The translations under genes and the position numbers were made by a program. From Minisyncoccota bacterium (GTDB taxonomy: Bacteria > Patescibacteriota > Minisyncoccia > Phycocordibacterales > UBA9973), in assembly GCA_028718635.1 (NCBI GenBank), contig JAQULK010000001.1, positions 88,626 to 152,625 on the forward strand: a DNA stretch of 64,000 nt, in the 5' to 3' direction. Of this stretch, positions 20,690-29,625 are shown piece after piece. Below the pieces are notes generated by a model. That model was not told the origin of the DNA and did no database searches. It saw nothing but the letters and a program-made list of their open reading frames with translations. Position 1 is the first letter of the stretch. Each line of letters starts with the position of its first letter.

Positions 20690-21223
20690 ATGAAAAATAA
20701 AAATTTAGCAATTGTTCCGATTGAGATTATTGAAAATAAAATTTATCTTATAAGAAATGCAAAAGTAATGCTTGATAAAGATTTGGCTTTTTTGTATCAA
20801 GTGAAACCGATAGCTTTACGCCAACAGGTAAGAAGAAACAAAGAAAGATTTCCTAAAGATTTTATGTTTCAGCTTACAAATAAAGAAGTTGATTTCTTGG
20901 TATCACAAAATGTGATACCTTCGAGAAAAGTTTTAGGTGGCGCTCTGCCCTACGCTTTTACAGAACATGGTGTTACGATGCTATCTTCTGTGCTAAAAAG
21001 CAAAAAAGCGATTGAAGTAAATATCGCGATCATTAGAGCTTTTATAAAATTGCGAGAAATGTTGCAATCTCACAAAGATGTTTTGATTGAAATTGAAAAG
21101 ATAAAAAGAAATCAGAAAAAAGATGGTGAAAAAATTTCTGCTATCATAGATGTAATCAATAAACTCATGGAGCCAAAAGCAGACTTAAAAAGGAAATCAA
21201 TCGGTTTTAAAACAGGAAAATAA
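20690..21223 (+). CDS. ORF6N domain DNA-binding protein
   Basis: VMLDKDLA, RNKERFPKDFMFQLT, PYAFTEHGV, C-terminal IGF. Confidence 0.9.
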   Translation: MKNKNLAIVPIEIIENKIYLIRNAKVMLDKDLAFLYQVKPIALRQQVRRNKERFPKDFMFQLTNKEVDFLVSQNVIPSRKVLGGALPYAFTEHGVTMLSSVLKSKKAIEVNIAIIRAFIKLREMLQSHKDVLIEIEKIKRNQKKDGEKISAIIDVINKLMEPKADLKRKSIGFKTGK

Positions 21224-21997
21224 ATGAAAATAATCAGCTGGAATACAAATGGTTTGAGGGCGACGGCAAAACAGGGATTTCTTGCTCCCCTTTTTGAGAA
21301 ATATAAGCCTGATATTTTGTGCTTGCAAGAGACAAAAGCCGAACCGGACCAGCTTCCAGAAGAAGTGCGCAACGTAAAAAATTATTATTCTTACTTTTCA
21401 CATCCAAAAATTAAAAAAGGATATAGCGGTGTGGCTATCTATTCAGCGGTTGAACCGCTGGAGATCTTCTATGGTATGGGAATAGAAAAATTCGACGAAG
21501 AAGGCAGATTGATCGGCGTTAAGTATAAAGATTTTACTTTGATAAATGTATATTTCCCAAACGGAGGCCAAGGACCGCACAGATTAAAATATAAATTAGA
21601 ATTTTATGATGCTTTTTTAAAATTTATTTTGAAACTGCGAAGAGACGGAGAAAATGTAATTTTCTGCGGGGACATAAACACTGCTCACACCGAGATAGAC
21701 CTCGCTCGCCCGAAAGCAAATGAAGAAAATACGGGTTTCCTGCCCATAGAGCGCGCATGGATAGATAAAGTAATAAAGAATAAATTTATCGATATCTTTA
21801 GAAAATTTTATCCAGAAAAAATAGGTGCTTACACGTATTGGGACATCAAAAGTCGCGCCCGAGACCGCAACGTCGGCTGGCGCATAGATTATTTTTTCGT
21901 TGATGAAAAGATGGTATCTAAAATAAAGTCTATTGGAATGCTAACTAATTACATGGGTTCAGATCACTGCCCGATTTGGCTAGAAATTAAGGAATGA
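21224..21997 (+). CDS. xth: exodeoxyribonuclease III
   Basis: SWNTNG, LQETK, GYSGV, GDIN, GWRIDY, SDHCP. Confidence 0.96.
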   Translation: MKIISWNTNGLRATAKQGFLAPLFEKYKPDILCLQETKAEPDQLPEEVRNVKNYYSYFSHPKIKKGYSGVAIYSAVEPLEIFYGMGIEKFDEEGRLIGVKYKDFTLINVYFPNGGQGPHRLKYKLEFYDAFLKFILKLRRDGENVIFCGDINTAHTEIDLARPKANEENTGFLPIERAWIDKVIKNKFIDIFRKFYPEKIGAYTYWDIKSRARDRNVGWRIDYFFVDEKMVSKIKSIGMLTNYMGSDHCPIWLEIKE

Positions 21998-21998
21998 A

Positions 21999-22120
21999 TC
22001 CCGTTAGAAGTCTCCTAGTTAAACAAAGTCACAAAGAGTGATATAATAAGTTTGTATTTTTTATAGTCGTTATTAATAAATTAACTAACGGAAATCTAAA
22101 GATTTCCTACTTCTAACGGG
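21999..22120 (+). mobile_element. family A element at the TMEM175 start codon
   Basis: ATGAA-tcccgttagaagt...acttctaacggg-ATGAA; internal TGATATAAT. Confidence 0.85.
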
Positions 22121-22738
22121 ATGAAAGCAGCTAGATTAGAAACTCTTGCAGACGGCATTTTTGCCATCGTGATGACAATCTTGGTTTTTCAAATTAGGCC
22201 GCCGGTTTTGGTGGATCCTACGAATGCCAAAGAACTTGCCTTCGCGATAAAACACATGCTCCCGATTTTCCTTAGTTATCTTTTAAGTTTTTCTCTGCTT
22301 TTTTCTTATTGGCGGGCACATCATTTCTTTGTTTCAGTTTATGCGAAAAATATTGACGTCAATCTGACGAATCTTAATGCGATTTTTTTCTTATTCCTCG
22401 CGCTTATTCCTTTTTCCACTTCTCTGCTCGGAGAGTATAGCAACAATCAATTTTCAATAGTTATTTTTGGCATTCATACCGTCATTATGGGTTTTTGTCT
22501 TTTTGCCATTCGCAGTTATGTGTTTAACTCCGATCATATAAAAAATATCGATGTCAGCAGACAAGAAATACGCCGTGGTACTGTCCGAACCTTTGTGCCT
22601 GTGGTTTTCGGTTTATTGGCAATTGTTCTTTCTTTTTTCAACAATTATCTATCTCTCGTTCTCTTTACCCTCGCTGTGATTTTCAACTTTTCTCAAACAA
22701 GTACTGTCTTTATAGATAAATTTATCAAAAATCTATAG
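22121..22738 (+). CDS. TMEM175 family potassium channel
   Basis: RLETLADGIFAIVMT, W..HH, six TM segments. Confidence 0.9.
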   Translation: MKAARLETLADGIFAIVMTILVFQIRPPVLVDPTNAKELAFAIKHMLPIFLSYLLSFSLLFSYWRAHHFFVSVYAKNIDVNLTNLNAIFFLFLALIPFSTSLLGEYSNNQFSIVIFGIHTVIMGFCLFAIRSYVFNSDHIKNIDVSRQEIRRGTVRTFVPVVFGLLAIVLSFFNNYLSLVLFTLAVIFNFSQTSTVFIDKFIKNL

Positions 22739-22742
22739 TTAA

Positions 22743-24422
22743 ATGCAAAAAGTTTGTAAAACTTGTAAAAAAGATTTTGAGATACAACAGGACGATTTGA
22801 ATTTTTACGAAAAGATGAAGTCCCCTGCTCCAAGTCACTGTCCGACTTGCCGAATAATGCGCAGGCTTTGTTTTCGTAATGAGAGAACCCTTTACAAAAG
22901 AACTTGTAGTAAAAGTGGCAAACCCATTATTTCTTTATACCCAGAAAACACTCCCTTCCCTGTTTATGATCAACATATTTGGTGGGGTGATGAATGGGAT
23001 GGAATAGATTATGGACAAGATTATGATCCTAGCCGACCTTTTTTTGACCAATTCCTTGAACTTCGAAATAAAGTTCCGCGTATATCTCTTCTAAATATAA
23101 ATAGTATAAATAGCGAATATGGAAATAATATAGAGGATAGTAAAAATTGCTATTTAACATTTGCAGCGCAAAAAAATGAAGATTCAATGTACGGGAGACT
23201 AATATACAGAAGCCGTTTAGTGGTAGATTGTGATTTTACCCAAGATTCAGAACTCTGTTATGAATGCATAGATTGTAGAAAATGTTACCATTGCCTATTC
23301 TCAGATAGTTGTGAAACAAGTACAGATTTGCTTTTTTGTTTCAATTTGCGCGACTGCCAAAATTGCATTTTTTCTACGAATTTAAGGCATAAAAATTATC
23401 ATATTTTCAATCAACCAGTTTCAAAAGAAGAATATGAAAAACAGAAAAAAGAGATTTTTTCTTCGTATTCAAATTTAGAAAAAGCAAAACAAGAATATGA
23501 AAAATTTAAGAAAAAAGCCATTGTAAAATACTCGCATCAAGTGAAATGTAAAAACGCTACTGGAGATTATTTATATAATTCCCATGACACTAAATACGGT
23601 TTTGATGCTGAAAATACTAAAAACTGTAAATATATAGCAGATGCAGAAGGCACTGTTGATTGTTGGGACATGAATAACACTTACTATAAACCAGAACTCA
23701 ACTTAGATATGATGGGAGTTCTTCAAACTTACAATGTTAAACATTCTTTTTATATATTGTATTCCAGTAATATAGAATATTCTGAAAGTTTAAACAATTG
23801 TGAAAGTTGCTTTGGTTGTACCGGATTAAAAAAGAAAAAATATTGTATTTTAAATAAACAATACGAAAGAGAAGAATATGAAAAATTAAAAGAAAAGATT
23901 ATTGAAAACATGAAAAAGGAAGGCATTTATGGAGATTTTATTTCGCCTCAAATGAGTGTTTTTGGATACAACGAAACCTTGGCTCAAGAATATTTCCCAA
24001 TAACAAAACAAGAAGCCGAAGCAGGAGGCTTTAATTGGCAAGATCAGACTACTGGCACTTATGATAAAGAAACAATCAAAGAAGAAAATATGCCGGAAAC
24101 TATTTCTGAAGTTTCAGATGAAATTTTAAAAGAAATTTTGGTATGCCAAGATTGCAAAAAGAATTTTAGGATTACCAAATCTGAATTGGATTTTTATAAA
24201 AGAATGAATATTCCTCTGCCCCACAAAGATTTCGAATGCCGGCACAAAGACCGTATGAAAAAGCGCAATCCGCGGGAGCTTTGGCGCCGTTCTTGCATGT
24301 GCGAACTCAAAAACCACACTCATGGCACAGAAAAATGCGCAGTAGAATTTGAAACATCCTATTCTCCCAACAAACCAGAGACAGTTTATTGCGAACAATG
24401 TTATCAACAAGAAATATACTAG
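22743..24422 (+). CDS. CPR-type cysteine-rich repeat protein (paralog 2)
   Basis: same architecture as 18809-20557 (RNERTLY, YNETLAQEYFP, FETSY). Confidence 0.85.
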   Translation: MQKVCKTCKKDFEIQQDDLNFYEKMKSPAPSHCPTCRIMRRLCFRNERTLYKRTCSKSGKPIISLYPENTPFPVYDQHIWWGDEWDGIDYGQDYDPSRPFFDQFLELRNKVPRISLLNINSINSEYGNNIEDSKNCYLTFAAQKNEDSMYGRLIYRSRLVVDCDFTQDSELCYECIDCRKCYHCLFSDSCETSTDLLFCFNLRDCQNCIFSTNLRHKNYHIFNQPVSKEEYEKQKKEIFSSYSNLEKAKQEYEKFKKKAIVKYSHQVKCKNATGDYLYNSHDTKYGFDAENTKNCKYIADAEGTVDCWDMNNTYYKPELNLDMMGVLQTYNVKHSFYILYSSNIEYSESLNNCESCFGCTGLKKKKYCILNKQYEREEYEKLKEKIIENMKKEGIYGDFISPQMSVFGYNETLAQEYFPITKQEAEAGGFNWQDQTTGTYDKETIKEENMPETISEVSDEILKEILVCQDCKKNFRITKSELDFYKRMNIPLPHKDFECRHKDRMKKRNPRELWRRSCMCELKNHTHGTEKCAVEFETSYSPNKPETVYCEQCYQQEIY

Positions 24423-24489
24423 TGAAACTCCTGCCCCGTAGGAAGCTTTGCTTTCCTTCGGGGTGCTATCAACAAGAAATTTATTAAAT

Positions 24490-24519
24490 AAAAAAGGCCC
24501 TCGACATACCGTCGAGGGC
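24490..24519 (-). terminator. intrinsic terminator
   Basis: gccctcgac-atacc-gtcgagggc with an A-run on the left. Confidence 0.7.
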
Positions 24520-24543
24520 AACAATCTCACTGCTAGGCACTTG

Positions 24544-25863
24544 CTAATATACAACAATATCTAATTCTTTTTTAAGAGATTCATTTATCCATCTGAATTT
24601 TGCCCAGCGTTTGTAAACCTTTTTAGTTATATAGACATATTTTCCATTTTTTTTTCTTTTTCTAATTATGGGGGAATCAGTCTCTTCTATTAATTCATGC
24701 TTAATTTCCTTTATACTTATCCCCGATTTTATATGTGCATCAAAAACAAACTTTTCAAATATATCTTCAGGGCATCCTCCATCTAAGCGAGTGCGAGCAT
24801 TAACAAATTTCTTTACATCATATATGTTATGATCCATTCCTCCTTCTTCATTTTTATTGCTTGGGTCTACGAGTTGCATTTCAAACTGCCCGCCGTGAGA
24901 AGAAGAATGTAATTTGCCTGTTATAAATATTGCTTCAAATTTTTCATCTTTGGGAGCATTTGATATTTTTATTTTCCCAAATAATTTTTTCATTTGTGAT
25001 GTTGAAAAAAAAGACTTGTTTTCAATTTTTATATCAGTCGCCTTCATTGTTTTAGTGAGCCACTCATATAATTCAGGCAATAATTTTACTGCTTGGTCTT
25101 TTTCTATGGTTATTCTTGAAGCTATGCCATCTTTCAATGCAGCTTTCGCGTCTGAATCTGGCCTTGTGAGAAACTTAAGAATTATTTTTTCAAAATCCTT
25201 TGCTCGTGAGTTGATAGAACCTTCTAGATTACTGTCATTAATTGCGCGGAACCCTTGACCCGTTTCATTGTGATATTTACCGGAAAAAACAAGCGGGGTG
25301 TTTATTGTGGTCTCTCCCTCCGAAGGGGAAGAAACGAGAGCCCCCTCAAAATCTTCAGTGATTTTTTTTAACAACTGACTGTCATTTCTTAACGCCTCAT
25401 AGGTCGCTATCGTAGTCTTAACAATACGGCAATATTTTATTGATTGACTCAAACCTTCTTTGTCACCGGTCAACTTTGTTTTTTCTAAAATTTTAAAAAT
25501 ATCTTCTTTGGATTTTATAGAATCTACTCCTAAAAATAATTCTTTTTCAGAATATTTTAATGTGTCTCTTAAAAAATTCTTAGTTTGCTGAAAGGCGTAA
25601 TTTAAAAGAAAATATTTATCGCGAGATTCTGGGGATTTTCCATTGTCTAAAATAATTTTTGGATCAATCCCTGTTTCTTTTCTAATCCATTCGAGCATGC
25701 CTTCTCTTGTCAGACTGGGAGGAATTCCTGGAAAATCAATGGCTGTAGGCACAAATTCCTTGTCGACAGATTCCAGAGACCCATTCATTACGGCTTCCAT
25801 TAAAGCAAATTTCTTTTCTGGATTTTTGTATATTTCTCTTACTGGAATGCCCTCTAATTTCAT
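24544..25863 (-). CDS. hypothetical protein with RelA/SpoT-synthetase-like motifs
   Basis: 439 aa; SRAKD..KI..K, KDGIASRI, FEMQL. Confidence 0.55.
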   Translation of the reverse strand: MKLEGIPVREIYKNPEKKFALMEAVMNGSLESVDKEFVPTAIDFPGIPPSLTREGMLEWIRKETGIDPKIILDNGKSPESRDKYFLLNYAFQQTKNFLRDTLKYSEKELFLGVDSIKSKEDIFKILEKTKLTGDKEGLSQSIKYCRIVKTTIATYEALRNDSQLLKKITEDFEGALVSSPSEGETTINTPLVFSGKYHNETGQGFRAINDSNLEGSINSRAKDFEKIILKFLTRPDSDAKAALKDGIASRITIEKDQAVKLLPELYEWLTKTMKATDIKIENKSFFSTSQMKKLFGKIKISNAPKDEKFEAIFITGKLHSSSHGGQFEMQLVDPSNKNEEGGMDHNIYDVKKFVNARTRLDGGCPEDIFEKFVFDAHIKSGISIKEIKHELIEETDSPIIRKRKKNGKYVYITKKVYKRWAKFRWINESLKKELDIVVY

Positions 25864-25911
25864 ATATATTTTATTATAATTTTAATCTCCTAAACTCACA
25901 AGTTTTGTTTT

Positions 25912-27594
25912 TTACTTCACTCCATGTTTCGTGTGTAGTTTTTTTACCTCTTCTTCTTCTAATTCTTCTTTTTTTTCTTTTCCGCGCAGACCGAGAGTTT
26001 TGAGTTCCGCATCCCCAAGCATATTTAAAGATTTTACCAATTCAGACAAATGTTCCACGGTATTTTTCTCCGGGGCATCCAGCACTTCTTCGAGCAACGC
26101 ATGCAAAATCCACCCCATCCGCGGTCCGGAAGTTATTCCGAGTTCTTTTATCATAAATTCTCCGTTGATTTTTAGCTGTCCGACAGAAATCGGATCCCTC
26201 AAAGCCTCCTCGATCATGGCAAAATATTTTCGAAGCCGATACGGGGCTTCTTTCTTTTTCATTCCCACCCTGTCGCACTCACGGACATCCATTAAAAGCC
26301 AAATATTTTCTTTGCCGACTTTTGTAATAATTCTTCGCACTGCCGAAAGTGTGATCAATTCCGTATCGGAAAAAAACATATGATTGCGCACAAGCTTGGA
26401 CACCAATTCAATTTCTTTTTTAGGAAATTTTAATCTCTCCATTATTTTTTTTGCCATTCGCGCCCCGACAACTTCATGCCCGTAAAAAGTAAATTTCTTT
26501 TTAGCTTTTAAAGACGAAGACGGGGAAATAAATTTGCTTTCGCGGGGTGTCTCGCAGGCTGACGAGCCGAGAGGCAGCGCTGTGCGAGCACGCACAGACA
26601 GCGACCCCGAGAAAGCAGAATTTATTTCCCCGTCTTGTTTCCCTGCAAGTCTTCTAGCTCGCGGTTTCCCAATATCATGAAAAAGCGCTGCGAGCCTTAT
26701 TTCTAAAGACCAATTCTTGTTCGCTGCATGTTGCAATGCAAGTAATGAATGATTCCAAACATCATAAATATGCTCCCCCCCTTGTTCACAATCCACGCCT
26801 TCGAGTAATTCAGGAATTATATTTTTTAACAAATTAAATTTCTGAAGCATTAGCACTCCAGAAGAAGCATTGGCACTAGTTGTTATTTTTACAAATTCAT
26901 CTCGGATTCTTTCCTCAGAAATTTTTTTTATTAATTCCGAATTTTTCAAAATACTTTCCGTTGTTTCTTGCGCAATAAAAAAATTAAGTTGGCAAGAGAA
27001 ACGCACCGCGCGCAACATCCGAAGAGCATCTTCGGCAAAGCGGTCATCTGGATCCCCTACCGCTTTTAACGTCTTGTCCTTAATGTCCTTTATGCCGTCA
27101 AACAAATCTACGAGGTGTCCTTTAGGGCTTAAGGCCATTGCATTGACTGTAAAATCACGTCTCTTGAGGTCATCCTCTAACTTATCACTGAATTTTACCT
27201 CATCAGGATGCCGAAAATCGCTGTATTTTGCCTCTGTTCTATATGGAGTAACTTCAATTATGAAATTATGGGATGTTTCACGAATAACGTCTTGTATTTC
27301 CCCCTCTCCTTTACAAGGAGAGGGTTGGGGTGAGGTTCCCAATGTTTCACGGGAAACAACCACTGCGACCGTTCCAAACGTATTTTCATATACAGTCTTC
27401 TCAAAAAGCCCTATTATTTGTTCCGGTTTTGCATTCGTCGTGACATCCCAGTCGTTTGGTATTTTATCCATTAAAAGATCTCGAACACACCCGCCAACTA
27501 AATATGCCTCAAATCCGGCCTTTTCGAGCGTATTTGTTACATGTGAAACTTCTTTGGGGATTTTGGATATTAAGTTTTTAGTTATTGAATCCAC
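25912..27594 (-). CDS. cca: CCA-adding tRNA nucleotidyltransferase with HD domain and two insertions
   Basis: VGGCVRD, DWD, DLKRRDFTVNAMA, EDALRMLR, FHDIGK. Confidence 0.95.
   Translation of the reverse strand: MDSITKNLISKIPKEVSHVTNTLEKAGFEAYLVGGCVRDLLMDKIPNDWDVTTNAKPEQIIGLFEKTVYENTFGTVAVVVSRETLGTSPQPSPCKGEGEIQDVIRETSHNFIIEVTPYRTEAKYSDFRHPDEVKFSDKLEDDLKRRDFTVNAMALSPKGHLVDLFDGIKDIKDKTLKAVGDPDDRFAEDALRMLRAVRFSCQLNFFIAQETTESILKNSELIKKISEERIRDEFVKITTSANASSGVLMLQKFNLLKNIIPELLEGVDCEQGGEHIYDVWNHSLLALQHAANKNWSLEIRLAALFHDIGKPRARRLAGKQDGEINSAFSGSLSVRARTALPLGSSACETPRESKFISPSSSLKAKKKFTFYGHEVVGARMAKKIMERLKFPKKEIELVSKLVRNHMFFSDTELITLSAVRRIITKVGKENIWLLMDVRECDRVGMKKKEAPYRLRKYFAMIEEALRDPISVGQLKINGEFMIKELGITSGPRMGWILHALLEEVLDAPEKNTVEHLSELVKSLNMLGDAELKTLGLRGKEKKEELEEEEVKKLHTKHGVK
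26517..26636. repeat. family E element in-frame in cca
   Basis: 67-nt core identical to 34817-34883, own inverted arms. Confidence 0.93.
27300..27336. repeat. family B element in cca
   Basis: ccctctcctt-tac-aaggagaggg + ttggggtgaggt; peptide SPQPSPCKGEG. Confidence 0.85.
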
Positions 27595-27608
27595 TTCTTA
27601 AATATATG

Positions 27609-27679
27609 TGCGGCCAGAGAGAATCGGACTCTCGTCTCATCCTTGGCAAGGATGTGTTCTACCACTGAACCATGACCGC
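27609..27679 (-). tRNA. tRNA-Gly(GCC)
   Basis: cloverleaf, anticodon arm catcc-ttgccaa-ggatg; T-loop GTCCGA; no encoded CCA. Confidence 0.92.
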
Positions 27680-27834
27680 TAATTATTTATGTATAAAGAC
27701 CACCGAATATGACTGCTAATTATTTTTTAATAATCTAATTATATATTATATACAATTTATTGCAATTTGGAATTTAGGCTTATAAAATAAAATGATTTTG
27801 ATTATTTTTTAAATGATGTATAATTATAATCACT

Positions 27835-27906
27835 GCACCCGTAGTGAAATGGATATCACAACAGTCTTCGGAACTGTCGTTGGGGGTTCGAGTCCCTCCG
27901 GGTGCA
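27835..27906 (+). tRNA. tRNA-Arg(TCG)
   Basis: acceptor gcacccg/cgggtgc, anticodon arm acagt-cttcgga-actgt, GTTCGAG. Confidence 0.93.
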
Positions 27907-28166
27907 CAAGATTCTGCTTGTCCTTTATTTTTTTTCATAAAGGCTTGCTGTATAAAGATTTTATTAAAAATGTGGATAACTATGTGCGTACTGTTCATAA
28001 AGGACAGAGTTAGAAGTTGTCTCTTATTGCCATCTTTTTCACAATAATGCTTATAAAATAAGGATATTTTTATAAGAGACATAAATATTTCTCAGATTTT
28101 GTCTTTTCGTTTCACGTGAAACCACGTTAATCGTGAAACCTCATATTTTATTGTAAAATAAAGAAG

Positions 28167-28577
28167 ATGCCAAAAGTATTTACATCAATAACTCAAAAAA
28201 CTGGCGAAATTGGAGAAAACATAGCAGTAAGGTTTCTTGTGAAACATAATTTTTTAATATTAAATAGAAATTACACAAAAAAATGGGGAGAAATAGATAT
28301 CGTAGCTGAAAAAGCCAATAAATTATACTTTGTTGAAGTGAAATCTGTGTCAAGGTTCGACCTTGACAAGGTTACACATGAAACAATAGATCAATATCAT
28401 CCTGAGGACAATATGCACCCGTGGAAACTAAAACGTTTATCGCGAACAATTCAAACTTACCTTTTATCCGAAAAAATACCAGATGAAAAAGAATGGCAAG
28501 TGGATTTATTAATCGTGTTCCTTGATATAAAAAATAAAAAGGCAAAAATAAAAGTAGTCAATGATATTATTTTGTGA
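28167..28577 (+). CDS. YraN family protein
   Basis: GEIGENIA, NY..KWGEIDIVA, FVEVKS. Confidence 0.9.
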   Translation: MPKVFTSITQKTGEIGENIAVRFLVKHNFLILNRNYTKKWGEIDIVAEKANKLYFVEVKSVSRFDLDKVTHETIDQYHPEDNMHPWKLKRLSRTIQTYLLSEKIPDEKEWQVDLLIVFLDIKNKKAKIKVVNDIIL

Positions 28578-28605
28578 TATATTATTAAACGTTGAAGTTG
28601 AAACG

Positions 28606-28637
28606 GGCTTGCCCGCCGAAGCTTTAGCGAAGGCGGG
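28606..28637. repeat. family C element at the tRNA-Pro 5' end
   Basis: cgggct duplicated at 28604-28609 and 28634-28639. Confidence 0.8.
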
Positions 28638-28704
28638 CTGTAGTATACCGGTAGTACAAGTGGTTTGGGACCATTTAGACTGGGTTCGATTCCCAGCAGC
28701 CCGA
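28634..28704 (+). tRNA. tRNA-Pro(TGG)
   Basis: acceptor cgggctg/cagcccg, anticodon loop tttggga, GTTCGAT. Confidence 0.93.
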
Positions 28705-28824
28705 AGGGATGGAGTAAGCAAATTTATTTGCTTACGTTGGGAATTGAAAGGCTTTTCTATGTTGAATGAAATGAAACAGAAAAGCACCTGGCTATGTAAT
28801 AGCCGATCCCAGCAGCCCGACATT

Positions 28825-28895
28825 GCGGGATTAGTTTAGTGGTAGAATAAGAGTTTTCCAAACTCTGGGCAGGCGTTCGATTCGCCTATCCCGCA
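28825..28895 (+). tRNA. tRNA-Gly(TCC)
   Basis: acceptor gcgggat/atcccgc, anticodon arm agagt-tttccaa-actct. Confidence 0.93.
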
Positions 28896-28896
28896 C

Positions 28897-29622
28897 ATGA
28901 TTATTTGGATAAGTATCGCGACATTAATTTCTACTTTTCTAGGTGGAATGTTTGCTTTACGTTTCAAAGATAAATTGCATTTAATTTTAGGCTTCTCAGC
29001 CGGAGCTGTTATTGGCGTGGCCTTTTTTGATTTATTGCCTGAAGCTTTAGAATTAGGAAAAGGAATTTACGATATAAGTTTCCTCACTTCCATTTCTGCT
29101 CTCGGTTTTATAACTTACATGATTTTAGATAGACTTTTCTTTTTTCATTCACATTGCGATCATGATAGTAAAGAATGTAATCAAAACAAAAGGGGATTGC
29201 TCGGGGCAGGAAGTTTGTCTGCACATAGTTTTATAGACGGTGCTGCGATAGGTTTAGCCTTTCAAGTATCAAATGCTGTAGGTATTATCGTGGCTGTCGC
29301 CGTATTAGTTCATGATTTTTCTGACGGAATAAATACTGTAAATATGATTTTGAAAAATTCTGGTACACGCAAACAAGCTTTTAAATGGCTTCTGGTTGAC
29401 GCTATTGCTCCGGTTTTAGGTATAACTTCCACGTTGTTTTTTTCTGTTTCTGAATCAGCTCTAGGAATAATCCTTGCTGTATTTACTGGATTTTTCTTAT
29501 ATATAGGAGCCTCTGATTTATTGCCAGAAAGTCACCATAGCCACCCCACGGCTTGGACTACTTTTTCTACTATTTTAGGTGTTGCAGTTTTATTTGGAGC
29601 AATAAAACTCGCTGGAATATAA
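28897..29622 (+). CDS. ZIP family metal transporter
   Basis: FSAG, LLPEA, HSFIDG, HDFSDG, His-rich loop. Confidence 0.92.
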   Translation: MIIWISIATLISTFLGGMFALRFKDKLHLILGFSAGAVIGVAFFDLLPEALELGKGIYDISFLTSISALGFITYMILDRLFFFHSHCDHDSKECNQNKRGLLGAGSLSAHSFIDGAAIGLAFQVSNAVGIIVAVAVLVHDFSDGINTVNMILKNSGTRKQAFKWLLVDAIAPVLGITSTLFFSVSESALGIILAVFTGFFLYIGASDLLPESHHSHPTAWTTFSTILGVAVLFGAIKLAGI

Positions 29623-29625
29623 AAA

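Larger units (their letters stand above)
27274..28385. promoter_or_regulatory. cluster of parS-like sites
   Basis: TGTTTCACGTGAAACA variants at 27274, 27343, 27535, 28108, 28125, 28231, 28370. Confidence 0.75.

Noticed and set aside
18809-24487. Diversity-generating retroelement acting on the Cys-rich genes
   Set aside because: No reverse transcriptase and no ~100-nt TR/VR pair; the duplicate is only 24 nt and its differences are synonymous rather than adenine-specific.
27780-28839. Short ORFs 27780-28082, 27813-28013, 27844-28047, 28509-28823, 28561-28839
   Set aside because: They overlap tRNA genes and repeats; spurious.
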